Source: Chloroflexota bacterium | Lineage (GTDB): Bacteria > Chloroflexota > Dormibacteria > CF-121 | Reading direction: 5' to 3' | DNA: 64,000 nucleotides | Assembly: GCA_005882775.1 (NCBI GenBank) | Contig: VBDY01000120.1 | Coordinates: 3,357-67,356 of the forward strand | Shown here: positions 1 to 8,694 of the stretch, in pieces | How the letters are laid out: the number at the start of each line of letters is the position of its first letter | Position numbering within the stretch: the stretch's first letter is position 1 | Notes under the pieces: generated by a model | Told to the model about the DNA's origin: nothing | Databases searched by the model: none | What the model saw: only the letters and a program-made list of their open reading frames with translations | Made by a program: the position numbers and the translations under genes

Positions 1-20
1 AGGATGTAGATCTTCTTCAC
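1..20 (-). CDS. 5' end of a gene running off the window (MKKIYIL...), possibly a PIN-domain PhoH/YlaK-like protein
   Basis: GGAGG, then 4 nt, then GTG AAG AAG ATC TAC ATC in a GTGA overlap with the plsC stop. MKKIYIL resembles the PIN N-terminus (xKxYVLDTN), but only 6 full codons are visible. Confidence 0.35.
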
Positions 21-676
21 ATGGCCTCCGACTGCGTTCTGGGCTGGGCGTATTCCCCCTGGTTTTCCAACGGAAGCAGCTCGGCGATCTTCGTCATCAA
101 GAAATCCGCGCTCTGCTGATGATCCATCCGGCTGCCATCCCGATTCACCTCGGGAAGTGAGAACGGTTTGCCAAACACCATCCCAACCGGCGCCCGCCGC
201 GGAAGCACCTGGTGCCGCCCGAGCACCCGGTCCGACCCGGTGATGCCGATCGGGACCAGCGGTGCCCCCGAATGGCGGGCGATGAAACCGGCGCCCGGCT
301 CGGCCCGGTGCAGGCGAGCATCCTCGGCGCGGTGGCCCTCCGGGAATAGCACCACGGCTCTTCCGCTTCCCAACAGGCTGAAAGCAAGCCGCAGCGCCTT
401 TCGGTCCGCGGAATGGCGGACCACCGGAAAGGCGTGGTAGGCGCGCATGATCACGCCCGAGAATCGGTTACGGAAGAGCTCGGCTTTGGCCATGAACCAG
501 ACCGGCCGCGGCGTCCAGCCCCCGATCAGGGCAGGGTCGACCCCGCCAACATGATTCGAGACGATCAGCAGCGGACCGGTCCGCGGGACGTTGTCGGTGC
601 CGCGAAGCTGGAAGTTCCGGCCGAGGAGCACAAACGTGAGAAACCGTGCAAGACGCGTGAGGAATGAATAAATCAA
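17..676 (-). CDS. plsC: Lysophospholipid (1-acyl-sn-glycerol-3-phosphate) acyltransferase
   Basis: NH-x4-D motif (SNHVGGVDP), FMAKAELF and FPEGHR; lies directly after cmk. Confidence 0.9.
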   Translation of the reverse strand: MIYSFLTRLARFLTFVLLGRNFQLRGTDNVPRTGPLLIVSNHVGGVDPALIGGWTPRPVWFMAKAELFRNRFSGVIMRAYHAFPVVRHSADRKALRLAFSLLGSGRAVVLFPEGHRAEDARLHRAEPGAGFIARHSGAPLVPIGITGSDRVLGRHQVLPRRAPVGMVFGKPFSLPEVNRDGSRMDHQQSADFLMTKIAELLPLENQGEYAQPRTQSEAM

Positions 677-682
677 ATCGGA

Positions 683-1351
683 TCAGCGCCTGGGCAGTCG
701 GGCCATCACTTCTTCGAAGACTTGGTGGACGGACTTGCCCTCAGTCGCGACGATTATAGCATCGGGTGCTGCGCGTAACGGTGCAATCTCACGCTCAGAA
801 TCCGCACGGTCGCGGGCTTCGATTTCGTCCTCGAGCACCGCGTCTGGCGTGGCCTGGCCCAGGGTTCGATCGAGGTCGCGGCGCCGGCGGGCTACGCGTT
901 CCGCGGGCGAGGCGGTGAAGAAAAACTTGATGTCCGCGCCGGGAAAGATAACGGTCCCAATGTCCCTGCCCAGGACCACCACGTCACTTCGCTCGAAGGC
1001 CCGCTGCTGGCCGACCAGGAGGGCGCGGACCTGGGGCAGCCGGGAAATGCTGGCAAGCTCCCGGGCGATGGCCGGGTCGGACGCCTCGCGGGTGATGTCG
1101 CGACCGTCGATCATGACCAGCGCCGTTCCGGGCGCCGGGTCAGCCGTGGTGTTGACCGTGATGCGCAGGCGTTTGATCATGTCCTCCAGCCCGGCAATGT
1201 CGTCGGGCTCGATGTGTTCGTGCCGCGCCTGGACGGTCACGGCTCGGTAGAACAAGCCGGTGTCCAGCAGGGCAAACCCGAGTGCGGCCGCCACCATCCG
1301 GCCGATGGTGGTCTTCCCGGAGCCCGCCGGGCCATCAATGGCGATGATCAC
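683..1351 (-). CDS. cmk: Cytidylate kinase
   Basis: IAIDGPAGSGKTT P-loop, DTGLFYRA, GRDIGTVIFP. Start trimmed to the GTG at 1351. Confidence 0.95.
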   Translation of the reverse strand: MIIAIDGPAGSGKTTIGRMVAAALGFALLDTGLFYRAVTVQARHEHIEPDDIAGLEDMIKRLRITVNTTADPAPGTALVMIDGRDITREASDPAIARELASISRLPQVRALLVGQQRAFERSDVVVLGRDIGTVIFPGADIKFFFTASPAERVARRRRDLDRTLGQATPDAVLEDEIEARDRADSEREIAPLRAAPDAIIVATEGKSVHQVFEEVMARLPRR

Positions 1352-1367
1352 TCTTTTTCGCGCGACA

Positions 1368-2090
1368 CTACAAGCCCACCGATGCGCGCAGGGCGGCGAC
1401 CTCGCGGCTGGCCAGCCCACGCGTCGCCCCCGATTCGAGCGAACCGAGCGTGAGCGGACCCATCCGGGTCCGTTCGAGATCCAGCACCCGGTGACCCAGC
1501 GCGCCCCATAGCCGCCTGACCTCGCGCTTGCGTCCTTCCTGGAGAACCATGCGGACAAGGGTCTGCTCGTCGGCGCCTTCGGCGCCTTCGATTACTTCGA
1601 GCCCAATGGGCGCGAACCGCTCGGCACCGATGGCCATCCCCTCCTGCAGCCGCCGGATCGCATCAGCATCAGGGCGGCCCGAGATCAGTACGCGGTATTC
1701 CTTCTCGACATGGTAGCGCGGGTGCATCAGGCGCATGGCGAGCTCGCCATCATCGGTGAGCAGCAGGAGCCCGCGGCTATCGAGATCGAGGCGACCGACC
1801 GGAAAGAGCCGCCCCAGGTCCGGTTTGAGGCCCGCCATCACGGTCTGCCTTCCGCGATCATCGCTGGCCGCGGTCAGGACGCCGGCCGGCTTGTTCATCA
1901 ACACGTACGTCCGGCGAGCCGGGATGCTGACCGGGTGGCCGTCCACGGTAACCCGGTCGGAGAGCGGGTCGACCTGCTCGCCCAAGCTCGCGACCGTCCC
2001 GTTCACTCTGACCTGGCCGGCGGCGATCAGCCGGTCGGCTTTTCGGCGAGCGGCTACCCCGGCCTGGGCTAGGAAGTGGTTGAGCCTGAT
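1368..2090 (-). CDS. rluB: 23S rRNA pseudouridine synthase (RluB/RsuA family)
   Basis: PVGRLDLDSRGLLLLT and EGRKREVRR. The S4 domain IRLNHFLAQAGVAARRKAD lies upstream of the ORF-track start; the only plausible start before the in-frame stop is ATC at 2090. Confidence 0.9.
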   Translation of the reverse strand: MRLNHFLAQAGVAARRKADRLIAAGQVRVNGTVASLGEQVDPLSDRVTVDGHPVSIPARRTYVLMNKPAGVLTAASDDRGRQTVMAGLKPDLGRLFPVGRLDLDSRGLLLLTDDGELAMRLMHPRYHVEKEYRVLISGRPDADAIRRLQEGMAIGAERFAPIGLEVIEGAEGADEQTLVRMVLQEGRKREVRRLWGALGHRVLDLERTRMGPLTLGSLESGATRGLASREVAALRASVGL

Positions 2091-2641
2091 GCCGCGGGAG
2101 CCTCGGGAAGAGGGGGTAGCTCCTCAAGGCTGCTCAATCCCAGGATCTGGAGAAATTTGATGGTGGTTCCAAACAGCCGGGGCGTGCCCGGCGCCTCCAG
2201 GCGGCCGGTCTCCGTGATCAGATCCTTCTCCTCGAGGCTTTCCAGGACCGCCTCGCAATTCACGCCGCGGATCTCCTCGATCCGCGCCCGGGTGAGTGGC
2301 TGGCGGTAAGCGATGATGGCGAGCGTCTCATAGGCTGCGGGCGACAGGCGAGAAGGAAACTCCGGACGCAGGACCCGCCGCACCACATCGGCCTGCGATG
2401 GGTCGGTCACCAGCTGCAGCTGGTCCTGGTGCCGTTGAAGCAGCAGCCCGCGTCCTGAGAGTCGCTCCGCCAGGGCGGCGGCAGCCATCTCCACCTGGCT
2501 CAGGGGAGCCTGCAGGATATCGCGGAGCTCGAGCACGGTCACGGGGCGATTCAGGGTGAAGAGCACCGCCTCCAGGCTCGAGGCAAGGTCGCCCACCTGG
2601 TCGACGGTTCCCGCAACCGCAGTATCGATCACCGGCTTCAC
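2069..2641 (-). CDS. scpB: SMC-Scp complex subunit ScpB
   Basis: LSPAAYETLAIIAYRQPLTRARIEEIRGV and GTPRLFGTT. Confidence 0.95.
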   Translation of the reverse strand: MKPVIDTAVAGTVDQVGDLASSLEAVLFTLNRPVTVLELRDILQAPLSQVEMAAAALAERLSGRGLLLQRHQDQLQLVTDPSQADVVRRVLRPEFPSRLSPAAYETLAIIAYRQPLTRARIEEIRGVNCEAVLESLEEKDLITETGRLEAPGTPRLFGTTIKFLQILGLSSLEELPPLPEAPAASGSTTS

Positions 2642-3375
2642 TCCTCCTGCGGCGCCCTGGCCCGCACCTTGATCTCAGCGAAGGGAGAACCCTGGACGAC
2701 GCTGATCTCCCCGATTCTAATCAGCTCCAGCAGGGCCAGGAAGATGACCACGGCCTCGAGCCGGGTCCGCGCCCGAGAGAAGACCGCGGTGAAGCTCGTC
2801 TCAGCTTGCCCGGACAGGAGCCGGCGCAGCTCCTCTAATTTGTCCGCCAGGGATATGTGCTCCATTTCAAAGGCGATCTGCTCGGGTGGGGGAAGGCGGT
2901 CGAGCACCTGCTGGAAGGCTGCCGCCAGGGCGTCCAGGCTGACCTGGACCCGCGCCTGCGGGATCACCTCCGGCTCGAACAGGCCGGCGAAGCTGAACCG
3001 ACCAGTCGCGTGCCGCCGCATCAGCGACTCGGCCAGCTCCTTGAAGCGTTTGTACTCGGCCAGACGGCCCTTGATGGCCTCTTCCCAGGCCTCCAGGTCG
3101 TCTTCCTCGGTCGAGGAAGGCTGTGGCATCAGGCCGGCCGCCTTGATCTGCACCAGACGGGCGCCGATGACCAGGAACGCCGCCAGGCGATCGAGTGGCG
3201 GACGTTCCCGCTCGATGGCGCGCAGGTAATCGTCTGTCAGGGTCGCCAGCTGGATCGCTTTCAGGTCGACCTCGGCACGCTGGGCCAGGCTGAGCAGCAG
3301 CTCGATCGGACCGTCGAAGGCGGGACTGCGGACCAGGTAGACCGGATTCTGCTCGAGCTCGATGTCAGCCGTCAA
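2638..3375 (-). CDS. scpA: Segregation/condensation protein ScpA (kleisin)
   Basis: FDGPIELLLSL and VVIFLALLEL; adjacent to scpB. Confidence 0.93.
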   Translation of the reverse strand: MTADIELEQNPVYLVRSPAFDGPIELLLSLAQRAEVDLKAIQLATLTDDYLRAIERERPPLDRLAAFLVIGARLVQIKAAGLMPQPSSTEEDDLEAWEEAIKGRLAEYKRFKELAESLMRRHATGRFSFAGLFEPEVIPQARVQVSLDALAAAFQQVLDRLPPPEQIAFEMEHISLADKLEELRRLLSGQAETSFTAVFSRARTRLEAVVIFLALLELIRIGEISVVQGSPFAEIKVRARAPQEE

Positions 3376-3878
3376 TTTCGGCTGTCGGCCCGGCGCAGCC
3401 GGCGGGTGACGTCCAGCTCCGGATGCTCGGCGTGATGTTCCTCAACCACAGCAGCCAGTTCAGTCGCGCCCACGGCGCGAAGCCGAGCCGCGCCCAGGCC
3501 GGCGTGGTCGCGATAGCTCTGATAGCGCCGGCGAAAACCGGGGCGAATGCGCAGCAGGCCGGCCAGCATGCTCGGCGAAAACCTGTTGAGGAAGACGGTC
3601 AGGCTTCGCTCGACCACGCTGAGTCGGGCGTCGGCTTTCCCCATGTCGTGTAAAAGAGCCGCCTGCTGCAGCAAGGCGGGGGCGGCCACGCCGTCGCGCT
3701 CGATTGTCTCAAGCACATCGAGCCCATGCCGTCGATCGTTCACGGGCAAGGCGACGAAGAAAGGTGCGAGCCGGGGCCCGAGGATCTCGGTGGCCCGCGC
3801 GTTTTCCGCCGAGGAAACCCGAGCCGAGCTGTGGCGCCAGAACTGACCAACCCGACGGAGGACTGGCTGCACGGTCAC
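3372..3878 (-). CDS. HD-domain putative phosphohydrolase
   Basis: H...AALLHDMGK...H...HH...AD metal-binding pattern; translationally coupled on both sides. Confidence 0.8.
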   Translation of the reverse strand: MTVQPVLRRVGQFWRHSSARVSSAENARATEILGPRLAPFFVALPVNDRRHGLDVLETIERDGVAAPALLQQAALLHDMGKADARLSVVERSLTVFLNRFSPSMLAGLLRIRPGFRRRYQSYRDHAGLGAARLRAVGATELAAVVEEHHAEHPELDVTRRLRRADSRN

Positions 3879-4726
3879 GCCCCGGCGTCCGTTAGGGGCT
3901 GCCCCCAGCGTAGCTTCTGCCGGAGCAGCTCGAAGAAGTTGCGCTTTTGGTCAAAGCGGACCAGCTCGACCGCCCCCCGCCCCAGGGCGACCTGCACCTC
4001 GGCGCCCGCCTCGAGTGGCGTGCTCACCTGACCATCGCAGCTCAAGAGGCCGGAGCCCTCGGGGAGGCGAATCGACACTCGCGCGTCGTGAGGGAGCACA
4101 ACCGCACGGTTGAAAAGACTGTGGGGATTGAGGGGCAGGAAGATAAGCACCCTCGCGTCCGGACGTACGATCGGACCGCCGAGAGAGAGGGCATAGGCGG
4201 TCGATCCGGTCGGCGTCGACACCACGGCCCCGTCCGCGTCAAACCGTCCCGCCGGGTCGTCGTCGATGGTCACATCGAGCCGGATCAGATTCAAAACCTC
4301 GCCCTTGTGGACGACGGCATCGTTCAGGGCGAAAAACCGCTGTGGCTTTCCCATCACCTGGGCTTCGAGGAGCGGCCGCGGCTGGAGCACGAAGTCACCG
4401 CCGGCCCAGCGGTCGAGCGCGGCTGCGACGTTGTCGAACTGCACCTCGGTCAGAAATCCAAGCCTGCCGGCATTCACGCCGAGCAGGGGCACATGCGCGG
4501 TTGCAGCTTGCTGCGCCGTCCAGAGCAGGGTGCCGTCGCCGCCGAAGCTGACCAGCAGCTTCGTGCCATCGAGCTCTCCGTGCAGAACTCCGGGCTTTTC
4601 GTCACTGGTGGCGCAGTGAGTCCAGACGCGATAGCCGCGGCTCTCAAGCCGCTCCCGGGCCTCGCGCAGGCGCGCGTGCCCGATGTCCACCCGGGGGTGG
4701 CAGATGAATCCGACCGCGTCAGGCAT
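3875..4726 (-). CDS. nadK: NAD(+) kinase
   Basis: GGDGTLL, GRLGFL, LND and STPTGSTAYALS. Start set to the ATG at 4726. Confidence 0.95.
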   Translation of the reverse strand: MPDAVGFICHPRVDIGHARLREARERLESRGYRVWTHCATSDEKPGVLHGELDGTKLLVSFGGDGTLLWTAQQAATAHVPLLGVNAGRLGFLTEVQFDNVAAALDRWAGGDFVLQPRPLLEAQVMGKPQRFFALNDAVVHKGEVLNLIRLDVTIDDDPAGRFDADGAVVSTPTGSTAYALSLGGPIVRPDARVLIFLPLNPHSLFNRAVVLPHDARVSIRLPEGSGLLSCDGQVSTPLEAGAEVQVALGRGAVELVRFDQKRNFFELLRQKLRWGQPLTDAGA

Positions 4727-5459
4727 CCGGCACCAGGTGCAGAAAGAATTCGCGGTTTCCCTTGGCGCCGAGGATGGGGGAAGGCGTCTCCCCCAGCACA
4801 CCGTATCCGATCGTGGCGGCGAACTCGCGAAGCTCGCGCAATACCTGCGAGTGTACCGCCGGGTCGCGCACCACGCCACCCTTTCCGACCTGCCCCTTGC
4901 CGGCCTCGAATTGGGGCTTGACCAGGGCCACCACATCGCCCGGCGGGCTCAGCAGCCCCCGGACCACAGGCAGCACCAATCGAAGCGAGATGAATGAGAC
5001 GTCCACCACGCCCAGGTCTGCCTCGACCGGGAGACGGTCAAGGTGCCGGATATTGACGCGTTCCATCACGATAACTCGCGGATCCTGCCGCAGAGACCAG
5101 GCCAGCTGCCCGTAGCCGACGTCGACGGCAATCACCCTGTTCGCTCCCCGGCGGAGCAGGACATCGGTGAAGCCACCGGTCGAGGCACCCACGTCGAGAC
5201 AGGAGCGCCCGCGTGGGTCGATCCGGAGCTGGTCCAGAGCCGCGGCCAGCTTCTCCCCGCCCCGACTCGCATAGGCATCGGTGGACTGCACCGCTATCGG
5301 TGTGGCGGTCTCCACCAGCTGGTCGGGCCGCTCGGCCACCCGGCCGCCCACGGTTACCAGACCCGCCCGGATCAAGGCCTGGCCTCGCTCCCGTGAGGCC
5401 ACCAGACCGCGGCTGACCAGTGCCTGGTCCAGCCGTAGACGTTCCGCCGCCACGATCAC
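4719..5459 (-). CDS. tlyA: TlyA family rRNA 2'-O-methyltransferase
   Basis: S4 domain, YASRGGEKL, DVGASTGGFTD, DVSFISL, LVKPQFEAG and GNREF. Confidence 0.95.
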   Translation of the reverse strand: MIVAAERLRLDQALVSRGLVASRERGQALIRAGLVTVGGRVAERPDQLVETATPIAVQSTDAYASRGGEKLAAALDQLRIDPRGRSCLDVGASTGGFTDVLLRRGANRVIAVDVGYGQLAWSLRQDPRVIVMERVNIRHLDRLPVEADLGVVDVSFISLRLVLPVVRGLLSPPGDVVALVKPQFEAGKGQVGKGGVVRDPAVHSQVLRELREFAATIGYGVLGETPSPILGAKGNREFFLHLVPDA

Positions 5460-5896
5460 CTCAGGTGCCAGCCGATACCCAGCACGAAGCCAAGCAGCGC
5501 GCCGGCGACCACCTCGATCGGCGTGTGCCCGATCAGCTCACGCAAGCGCTCCTGGCGAAAACCCTGGTGGGCAAAGATGTCATCGAGCAACCGGTTCAGG
5601 ATCATCGCCTGCTGGCCGGCGGCGCGGCGGACGCCGGTGGCGTCGTACATGACCACCGTAGAAAAGATCAGGGCGATGGCAAAGAGCGGGGAGTCGACCC
5701 CCTGGAGACGGCCGATCACGGTGGTCAGTGATACCACCAGGGCGCTGTGCGAGCTGGGCATGCCGCCCGCCGTGCCCAGTCGCCGGACGCTCAGGCGGTG
5801 CATCAGAACCGAGTCGACGATCACCTTGCTGGCCTGAGCGATCGCCCACGCCACCAGGGGGATGACAAAGTAGGGATTGCCGAAGAGCAGGCTCAC
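5456..5896 (-). CDS. Divergent PAP2 (DUF212/YuiD-like) membrane protein
   Basis: GGMPSSHSA, VMYDATGVRR and ELIGHTP. GTG start overlaps the xseB stop (GTGA). Confidence 0.9.
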   Translation of the reverse strand: MSLLFGNPYFVIPLVAWAIAQASKVIVDSVLMHRLSVRRLGTAGGMPSSHSALVVSLTTVIGRLQGVDSPLFAIALIFSTVVMYDATGVRRAAGQQAMILNRLLDDIFAHQGFRQERLRELIGHTPIEVVAGALLGFVLGIGWHLR

Positions 5897-6108
5897 TGGG
5901 CCGGCACCGGCCCCGGCGGCGACGCCTCGGCCAGCCGTCGTTCGGCGTCGCGGAGCAGCTCGGAGCAACGCTTGGCCAGGGCCAGGCCGCGCTCGAATTG
6001 CCGGACCGACTCGGCGAGGTCCTCCTGGTCCCGGCCGAGCCGCTGAACGGTCTTCTCCAGCTCGGCGACAGCCGTCTCGTAGCTCATGCCTGGAATATCG
6101 TCGTTCAC
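5893..6108 (-). CDS. xseB: Exodeoxyribonuclease VII small subunit
   Basis: SYETAVAELEKTVQRL...ESVRQFERGLAL...C..LL..AE. Confidence 0.9.
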   Translation of the reverse strand: MNDDIPGMSYETAVAELEKTVQRLGRDQEDLAESVRQFERGLALAKRCSELLRDAERRLAEASPPGPVPAQ

Positions 6109-6518
6109 GGTTCGGACTTTGCCTCGGCCGCGACTTTCCCCAGGATGCCGTTTACGAACTTGCCGGAATCAGGACCGCCGAAGGTCTTGGCCAGCTCGAT
6201 CGACTCGTTGATCGCCGCTTTCAACGGAACGCTCGGCAGGAACCTGATCTCGTAGGTGGCAATCCGGAGCAGGGTGCGCTCGACCTTGGCCATCTGGTCG
6301 AGGCCCCAGTTCTGTGACGCCTCGGCGAGCTGGGCGTCGATTTCAGCCCGATGCTCCAGCACGCCCGTGATCAAGGTGCGCGCGAAGGTCGCCACGGCTT
6401 CGTCGGCGCGCGCCTCGGCGACATGGTACTGCAGAGACCGCTCGGCATCCTTGCCGTTCGTCTCGAGCTCGAAGAGGACCTTGAGGGCGAGCTCGCGAGC
6501 GAGGTGCCTGCGACCCAG
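6105..6518 (-). CDS. nusB: Transcription antitermination factor NusB
   Basis: AINESIELAKTFG and FVNGILG. The Arg-rich N-terminus GRRHLARELALKVLFE lies upstream of the ORF-track start and begins at CTG 6518, 6 nt after AGGGG. Confidence 0.93.
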   Translation of the reverse strand: MGRRHLARELALKVLFELETNGKDAERSLQYHVAEARADEAVATFARTLITGVLEHRAEIDAQLAEASQNWGLDQMAKVERTLLRIATYEIRFLPSVPLKAAINESIELAKTFGGPDSGKFVNGILGKVAAEAKSEP

Positions 6519-6527
6519 CGAAGTCCC

Positions 6528-6878
6528 CTAGCTGTCGCCGGGGAAGCGAACATCCCCGATGAAGACATTCACCTGGCGGACCTCCAGGCCAAGCATCTTG
6601 TCGATGGCGTCTGCGACCTGACGCTGAACTTCGGCCGCAACCGTGGGTACGTGTACGGAGGCGTCCACCACCAGGAAGAGCTCCAGTTGGAGAGAGTCCG
6701 TCCCCATGTCCACCCGGACCCCCTTGTGGGCGGCGGCCGGCTCGAGCACCCGGTGGCCGTCGCGGGCGCCCGCCGGATACATGCCCGCGATCCCCTGTAC
6801 CTGGCAGGCGGTGAGCGAAGCGATGTGCGCGATCACCTCGTTCGCCACCTTGACGCTGCCCAGCGGCCGGTCGGGCAT
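6528..6878 (-). CDS. Asp23/Gls24 family envelope stress protein
   Basis: GSVKVANEVIAHIA, KGVRV and MLGLEVRQVNVFI; usual position upstream of nusB. Confidence 0.9.
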   Translation of the reverse strand: MPDRPLGSVKVANEVIAHIASLTACQVQGIAGMYPAGARDGHRVLEPAAAHKGVRVDMGTDSLQLELFLVVDASVHVPTVAAEVQRQVADAIDKMLGLEVRQVNVFIGDVRFPGDS

Positions 6879-7435
6879 CAGACCCGCTCCACGTAGGCGC
6901 CGGTTCGGGTATCGACCCGGATCACGTCGCCCTGGTTGATGAAAAAGGGAACATTCAGGGTGAGCCCGGTCTCCAGAGTGGCCGGCTTGCCTCCGCCGGC
7001 TGCGGTATCGCCGCGAAACCCCGGCGCCGTCTGGGTGACGGTGAGATCCACCGTGGTGGGCAGCTCGACGCCGAGTGGGTTGCCTTCGTACATCAAGACT
7101 TCCAGCGGCGTGTTCTCCTTTAGATACTGCAGCGAATCGCCAAGCTGGTCGCCGTCCAGAGGAATCTGGTCGTAACTTCGAGAGTCCATGAAGATATGGC
7201 GCTCGCCGTCGCTATAAAGGTACTGCATCGGGACTTTCTCAATTCGCACGCGTGGAAACCGGTCCTTGTCTCGAAACTTCTGCTCGATGATGGCCCCACT
7301 GCGCAGATGCTTGAGCTTGGTGCGAAAGAAGGTATCGCCGCGTCCCATCTGGCTCTGCTGAAACTGCAGGACTTCGTAGGGCTGACCCTCCCACTCGATC
7401 GTCATGCCGTTACGAAACTCGTTCGGTGAGACCAT
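6878..7435 (-). CDS. efp: Elongation factor P
   Basis: PGFRGDTA, KPATLETG and VPFFINQGD.IRVDTRTGAY..R; the tip loop reads QMGRG. Confidence 0.97.
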   Translation of the reverse strand: MVSPNEFRNGMTIEWEGQPYEVLQFQQSQMGRGDTFFRTKLKHLRSGAIIEQKFRDKDRFPRVRIEKVPMQYLYSDGERHIFMDSRSYDQIPLDGDQLGDSLQYLKENTPLEVLMYEGNPLGVELPTTVDLTVTQTAPGFRGDTAAGGGKPATLETGLTLNVPFFINQGDVIRVDTRTGAYVERV

Positions 7436-7453
7436 TTCAGGTGTGAATCTTAC

Positions 7454-7957
7454 CTACGTGGTCGGCGGCGTCCCGGAGCCGGAATGCCGTCGAGCTTCCA
7501 TCTGGCTGAATATGGCGTTGCGCAGCTGCTGCGGATGCGGGACCATGCGCAGCCACTCGCCGCTGTCCCGTCCCGCGGACTCCAGCTCGATGTCTCCGAA
7601 CCCCCAGGCGCGGCCCCACAGCCCCTGGTAGGTGGTCAGGTCCTGGATCCGGTCGATCGCAATCGAGCGTGAGAACCGGGTCAGGACGCCTTCGTTCAAT
7701 ACGATCCGCTGGTCGGTCAGCACGTACTCGTGCGAGCGCCAGCCCCAGTAGTAGAGGTTGAGGATGATCAGGGCCACCACCACGATGCCGAGCAGCGTAA
7801 AGACCTTGATCTCGCCTGCGACGGGTACCAGGGCGGTGGCCACCAGCAGGACGACTGCGGCGATGATGGTGAAGGCGAAAGGCCGCAGCAGTATCACCCA
7901 GTGCTGAAACGAGCGAGCCAGAAGGTGTTCCCCGGGCAGCAGGTCGGCTTCTCTCAT
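7454..7957 (-). CDS. Membrane protein with bacterial PH domain (bPH_2/YdbS-like)
   Basis: Two TM helices followed by YVLTDQRIV..GVL...SIAIDRIQD....QGLWGRAWGFGDI. Confidence 0.85.
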   Translation of the reverse strand: MREADLLPGEHLLARSFQHWVILLRPFAFTIIAAVVLLVATALVPVAGEIKVFTLLGIVVVALIILNLYYWGWRSHEYVLTDQRIVLNEGVLTRFSRSIAIDRIQDLTTYQGLWGRAWGFGDIELESAGRDSGEWLRMVPHPQQLRNAIFSQMEARRHSGSGTPPTT

Positions 7958-8619
7958 GGCTGCTGAATCAAGAGGGTGAGCAGGGTTCCGGCGACCAGAA
8001 ACGGCGCATACGGCACGGCCTGCTTGAGCTTAGCCCGGCGGGCCAGCAAGAGCAAGACCGCCACCGCTCCCCCGATGTAAACACCGGCCAGCAGGGCATG
8101 AACCATTCGCAGGTTGGAGAGCCCGGTGGCAAGCCCAATGAACACGGAGAGCTTAACGTCCCCGAAGCCGAATGCTTCCTGTCCCAGCAGGAACGTGCCG
8201 CCCACGAACAGCACCAGGAAGATGCCGCCCGCGATGACTCCGGCGATGAGAGCCGTGCGCCAGTCCGCGGCCGGCCAGCTGGCCTGGCTCCAGGGGGTGA
8301 TGAAGGCGAGGCCAAGGGCGATCACCCAGCTCGGAAACATGACCGCGTCGAGAATCAACCGGTGCTTCAGGTCGAAGGCGAAGACCTGCACCAGGATGGC
8401 GATGTAGACGGTGTCTATCAGCAGCACCGGCTGGAAGCCGAGCTTCCCGGCAAAAACGGCAAACAGGATCGCCGCCAGCGCCGGGGCCACCAGCTCCTCG
8501 CGGCGGCTGGGCCGGTGCTCGATCTCCTCGACGCGGGCCAGCCACCGGGAGACGAGGTTCAGGACGAACCCGGCCACCAGCCCCAACAGGCCCCAGCCGA
8601 TGGTGAGGGGCAGGTTCAC
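7954..8619 (-). CDS. A24 family prepilin peptidase, short form without the Zn/methylase N-terminal domain
   Basis: FDLKHRLI and FGFGDVKL catalytic aspartates, VPYAPFL; multiple TM helices; no CxxC N-terminal domain. Confidence 0.88.
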   Translation of the reverse strand: MNLPLTIGWGLLGLVAGFVLNLVSRWLARVEEIEHRPSRREELVAPALAAILFAVFAGKLGFQPVLLIDTVYIAILVQVFAFDLKHRLILDAVMFPSWVIALGLAFITPWSQASWPAADWRTALIAGVIAGGIFLVLFVGGTFLLGQEAFGFGDVKLSVFIGLATGLSNLRMVHALLAGVYIGGAVAVLLLLARRAKLKQAVPYAPFLVAGTLLTLLIQQP

Positions 8620-8694
8620 CTGGTGGCTCCCCAGCTTTCAACGCGCACTACGACGGATAACGATCCACGAGGGCAAAGATTCGCTGGGCCTGCC

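Noticed and set aside
5456-6108. Absence of xseA, ispA and dxs beside xseB (and of yceD, plsX and fabH beside rpmF) as evidence of gene loss
   Set aside because: This cannot be judged from one window; the genes may be elsewhere in the genome.
6519-6530. Stop-codon readthrough fusing Asp23 to NusB (same frame across TAG)
   Set aside because: AGGGG followed by CTG at normal SD spacing explains nusB more simply. TAG is used as an ordinary stop by many genes here, so recoding is unsupported.
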